In this document: positions 60,938 through 64,000 of the stretch, piece after piece
Layout: the number at the start of each line of letters is the position of its first letter
Position numbering within the stretch: position 1 is the stretch's first letter
NCBI GenBank assembly: GCA_964016885.1
Contig: OZ024742.1
Location: 188,666,001 to 188,730,000, forward strand
Source of the DNA: Eledone cirrhosa
Lineage: Eukaryota
Length of the DNA stretch: 64,000 nt
Direction: 5' to 3'
Notes under the pieces: generated by a model
The model's database searches: none
What the model was told of the DNA's origin: nothing
Seen by the model: only the letters and a program-made list of their open reading frames with translations
Translations under genes and position numbers: made by a program

Positions 60938-61040
60938 TGTGTGTAGCGTTTTTCGAATTATTTACTTCTGCGTTCACAGATTGATTCTTTTAGTTTAGCT
61001 CTCACCCTTAACGGGATCTTCTGGAACTAAAAAAGTCAAT
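60334..61040. mobile_element. Lep1/HINE-like Helitron 5' end followed by an inverted 3' module and pLTR fragment
   Basis: 60334-60490 matches 47811-47970; 60548-60990 is the reverse complement of about 48345-48700. Confidence 0.7.
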
Positions 61041-61749
61041 CGATTTCGGTTCGTATGTCAGATATTCCATCTATGTTTTATTCAATCATTCATTTATCCA
61101 TTGGCCATTTATTGACATCATACGAGTATAGTTGGTTGATTATAACATTAGACTACCAATATGTAAGCCATGAATACAAATCCATCGCTTTACTGTTAGG
61201 AACATAACGTAATGATGAAAATAGTGACTTGAAACTGTTTAACATCAGGTGGGAAGAAGGAAGCAGCCAATAACACAACTGTGAACATTGATGATCTATT
61301 GTTGCTCAGGGTAATGGCTGTATGGGCGTAACTATGAACTAAGTATGCTTGAATGCACCAGACCTCTTGGGTGTGGAAGTATTTGTTAATGTAAGCACAA
61401 GTACAAAGTTAAGCTGACAATGATTAGTTTCAGGGAGTAGTCCACAAGTCTTAGTCCATTACATCCTTGCCATTCTCTCCAGAACTTTGATCAGATAACT
61501 GTCTCTATGCGACAGCTGCTATGCAATAATACCATATTAAAGTTAGCACAGATTATCATATAGAAGATCCCTTTTGGCTGCGAGGAATTTTACTGTATTT
61601 AGATACCAGCTAATATTTGTTACCATACAGCTAGTTCAATTTAGGAATAATATTTTCATATGAACGTCATGAGAATCCGATATTATCATATGATATGATC
61701 TTTGAAAAGAGAATTAATGAATAGAAACATATTTTGAATAGGTTCCGTC

Positions 61750-61930
61750 AACAACACAATCACCGATATCACCACCGGCATCACATCCGCATTACCACCA
61801 GCATCAACACTACGATAACCATCAACACTACCACCACCAACACAACCAGGACCACCGCCATGAAAACCAGAAGCATGGCCACAATTACCAACGTTAACGA
61901 CGACCACCATCACCACGAGCCCCACCGCCT
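61750..61930. repeat. Degenerate (ACC/AAC)n low-complexity tract
   Basis: Direct reading. Confidence 0.7.
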
Positions 61931-62565
61931 TCAGAGACGAATTCCACAACGATGCGACCAGAGGTCAAAATGAAAAGATTTCGATTGAACTGGCGGCAAT
62001 TAGAGTATCAAATACTGGAATGTGCGAAGTATGATAATCGATTATCTATATGATAGTTAGAAGGCGATGGCTTAATAGTTAGGGTGATGAGCTCATGGTT
62101 TTAATGTATTCGGTTGTATTCTGTTGTGTTCATTGTGGTCTTCACCAACACGTTTCATTTCACATTGCTTTTCAGGACATGACTGACAGGCCTGTCTTTG
62201 AAATACCCGAGAAATCTTCTATGAAATACAAACATGGAGGAGGCTCGCTTAGCCTGCATATGTGTGAGATGCACATTTTATTTGTTTCCATATGTCCCAG
62301 GTGGGATCAATGGCTTGCATAAATTAATGGTTCATGATTTTCTTGATGTAAAATTTATGGAGTCTATTTTGTTTACTAAACTGAAACATTGTAATATGAG
62401 AGGAATAGGAAGAAATATATACAAAGGATATATGACTGCATGGATTCATTTTTCAATGGATATAATATATTGTTATATTTGGGGGTGGTGGTGGTGTCAT
62501 GTCCTAATATTGCTAATAAATAGTACAACACACTCACTGTTTGATTTGATTTACTCTCCACTTCC

Positions 62566-62670
<105 letters not shown>

Positions 62671-62760
62671 GGATAGATATATAGATAGATGTATAGATAT
62701 ATAGATAGATAGATGAATAGATATATAGATATATGGATAGATATATAGATAGATAGATAG

Positions 62761-63407
62761 ATATATTTCTTTTATTTGCCACTAGGGCATCAAAAGTGGG
62801 ACAAGTACAAAGGGGGGAGTTTACACAAAAAGGCGTCCTCAATAAGGAGAAGGCAATAACAAAATATAAAAATAAAATAAGATATAACAAAAAATAAAAT
62901 TTTTAACAAAATCCTCAATAGAGAGGAGGCGCCTTGGGGGGTCGCACACACCCCCGAAAAAAGTGTGCAACCCTTCTCCTCAGGAGCACAGAGAAGGGGT
63001 GCTCCCTTGGTCTTTCATCTTCCTCACCTATAGTCTGATGTAGAGTGAAGGCCCATTCACACGGGCCATTCTCGCCACTTTCACCCATCTTTCATAGAAA
63101 CGGCTGGGGTGCAGCACCTCTCTCTCCATCCTGATCCTTCTTCCGAAATGATATCGGAAGAAACGGACCAGTTGTTGGCCAGAGAGAAAGGTGCCCGACC
63201 TCAGTCCTTTCAGACGCGTCCACCATACAACCTCTTTCGCCATGGCTATTACGCACAGAAACACCGCCTCTGCTTCATCTTTGAAGGGGGGAGGCGGCTT
63301 GATCATTACAATAGACTCGGTGGTCAACCGGATCGGTCCCACCCTTGACAGCAGTTGTTCGACATAGCCCCACAGATCGGCTACGCCCGAGCAGTGTACT
63401 AATGCAG
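62761..63407 (-). mobile_element. 3' fragment of Tx1/L1-like LINE inserted in (GATA)n
   Basis: HCS.V..LW.YVEQLL...AKEVVW.TR...FF.YH..RIR.E....F.ERW; the 3' UTR ends aataaaagaaat; (GATA)n on both flanks. Confidence 0.65.
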
Positions 63408-63470
63408 ATAGATAGATAGATAGATAAATATACACGGGTGTGTATGATTGTGTAAAGAAGATTATATTAA

Positions 63471-63834
63471 TAAAAGGAATTCCAACCTTGTCTGATTTAC
63501 TCGTTTTATTTACAATCCTTTAAAATTTATAATGATATTATAATGAAATAGTATGGTAGAATATTAAATGTTAAGTGTTAATTAAACAAGTACTTTCATG
63601 CTTTGGCAATCTTCAGGTTCATATTGTGTGGTCACAGTCAAGTTTGCAATTTTCACCTGACAGTTGAACATTGCAAACTTAACTGTCACCACAAAATATG
63701 AACCTGAAGATTGCGAAAGCATGAAAGTACTTGTTCAATTAACACTTAACATACTATTTCATTCTAATACCATTATATATTTTAAAGGATTGTAAATAAA
63801 ATGAGTAAATCAGACAAAGTTTGAATTCCTTTTA
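63471..63834. mobile_element. pLTR fold-back with paired minimal hammerheads
   Basis: Arms about 63471-63650 / 63670-63834; hammerheads at 63699-63737 (+) and about 63585-63621 (-). Confidence 0.88.
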
Positions 63835-64000
63835 TATATATATATAAATGGTAAACATTGATGGCCAGGAAAATTGTTTATGGTAAAATAAAAAACATAT
63901 ATATATATATACATAAAAAAAAAATACTGATACTGAATCGGAAACCAACAATGAGTCTGTTTTAATATGTTTTGGTAATATTACAACCACATGACCTTCC

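Overview
AT-rich eukaryotic non-coding DNA packed with (TA)n, (CA)n, (GA)n and (GATA)n microsatellites. The SINE types and repeat style suggest an octopus-like cephalopod; this is inference only. No host protein-coding exon is supported, and most listed ORFs are microsatellite translations. The window is dominated by Penelope-like elements (PLEs). There is one near-intact but 5'-truncated Naiad-type RT + GIY-YIG element (18711-23836) and one decayed, internally folded-back copy (about 27880-30665). More than a dozen short non-coding pLTR-like fold-back elements sit in (TA)n tracts. These short elements differ in primary sequence but share two RNA modules: a minimal type I hammerhead ribozyme with a palindromic stem III, and a covarying bulged hairpin (RCTC-stem...stem-2nt-GAGY) about 35-90 nt from the 3' end, which I do not recognise as described. 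Also present are RTE, CRE-like and Tx1-like LINE fragments, many tRNA-derived SINEs, Lep1/HINE-like non-autonomous Helitrons and a candidate MITE. A strong AG|GTAAGT recursive-splice-like site at 52097-52104 suggests the window lies inside a very long + strand intron. All alignments were done by eye, so element boundaries are approximate.
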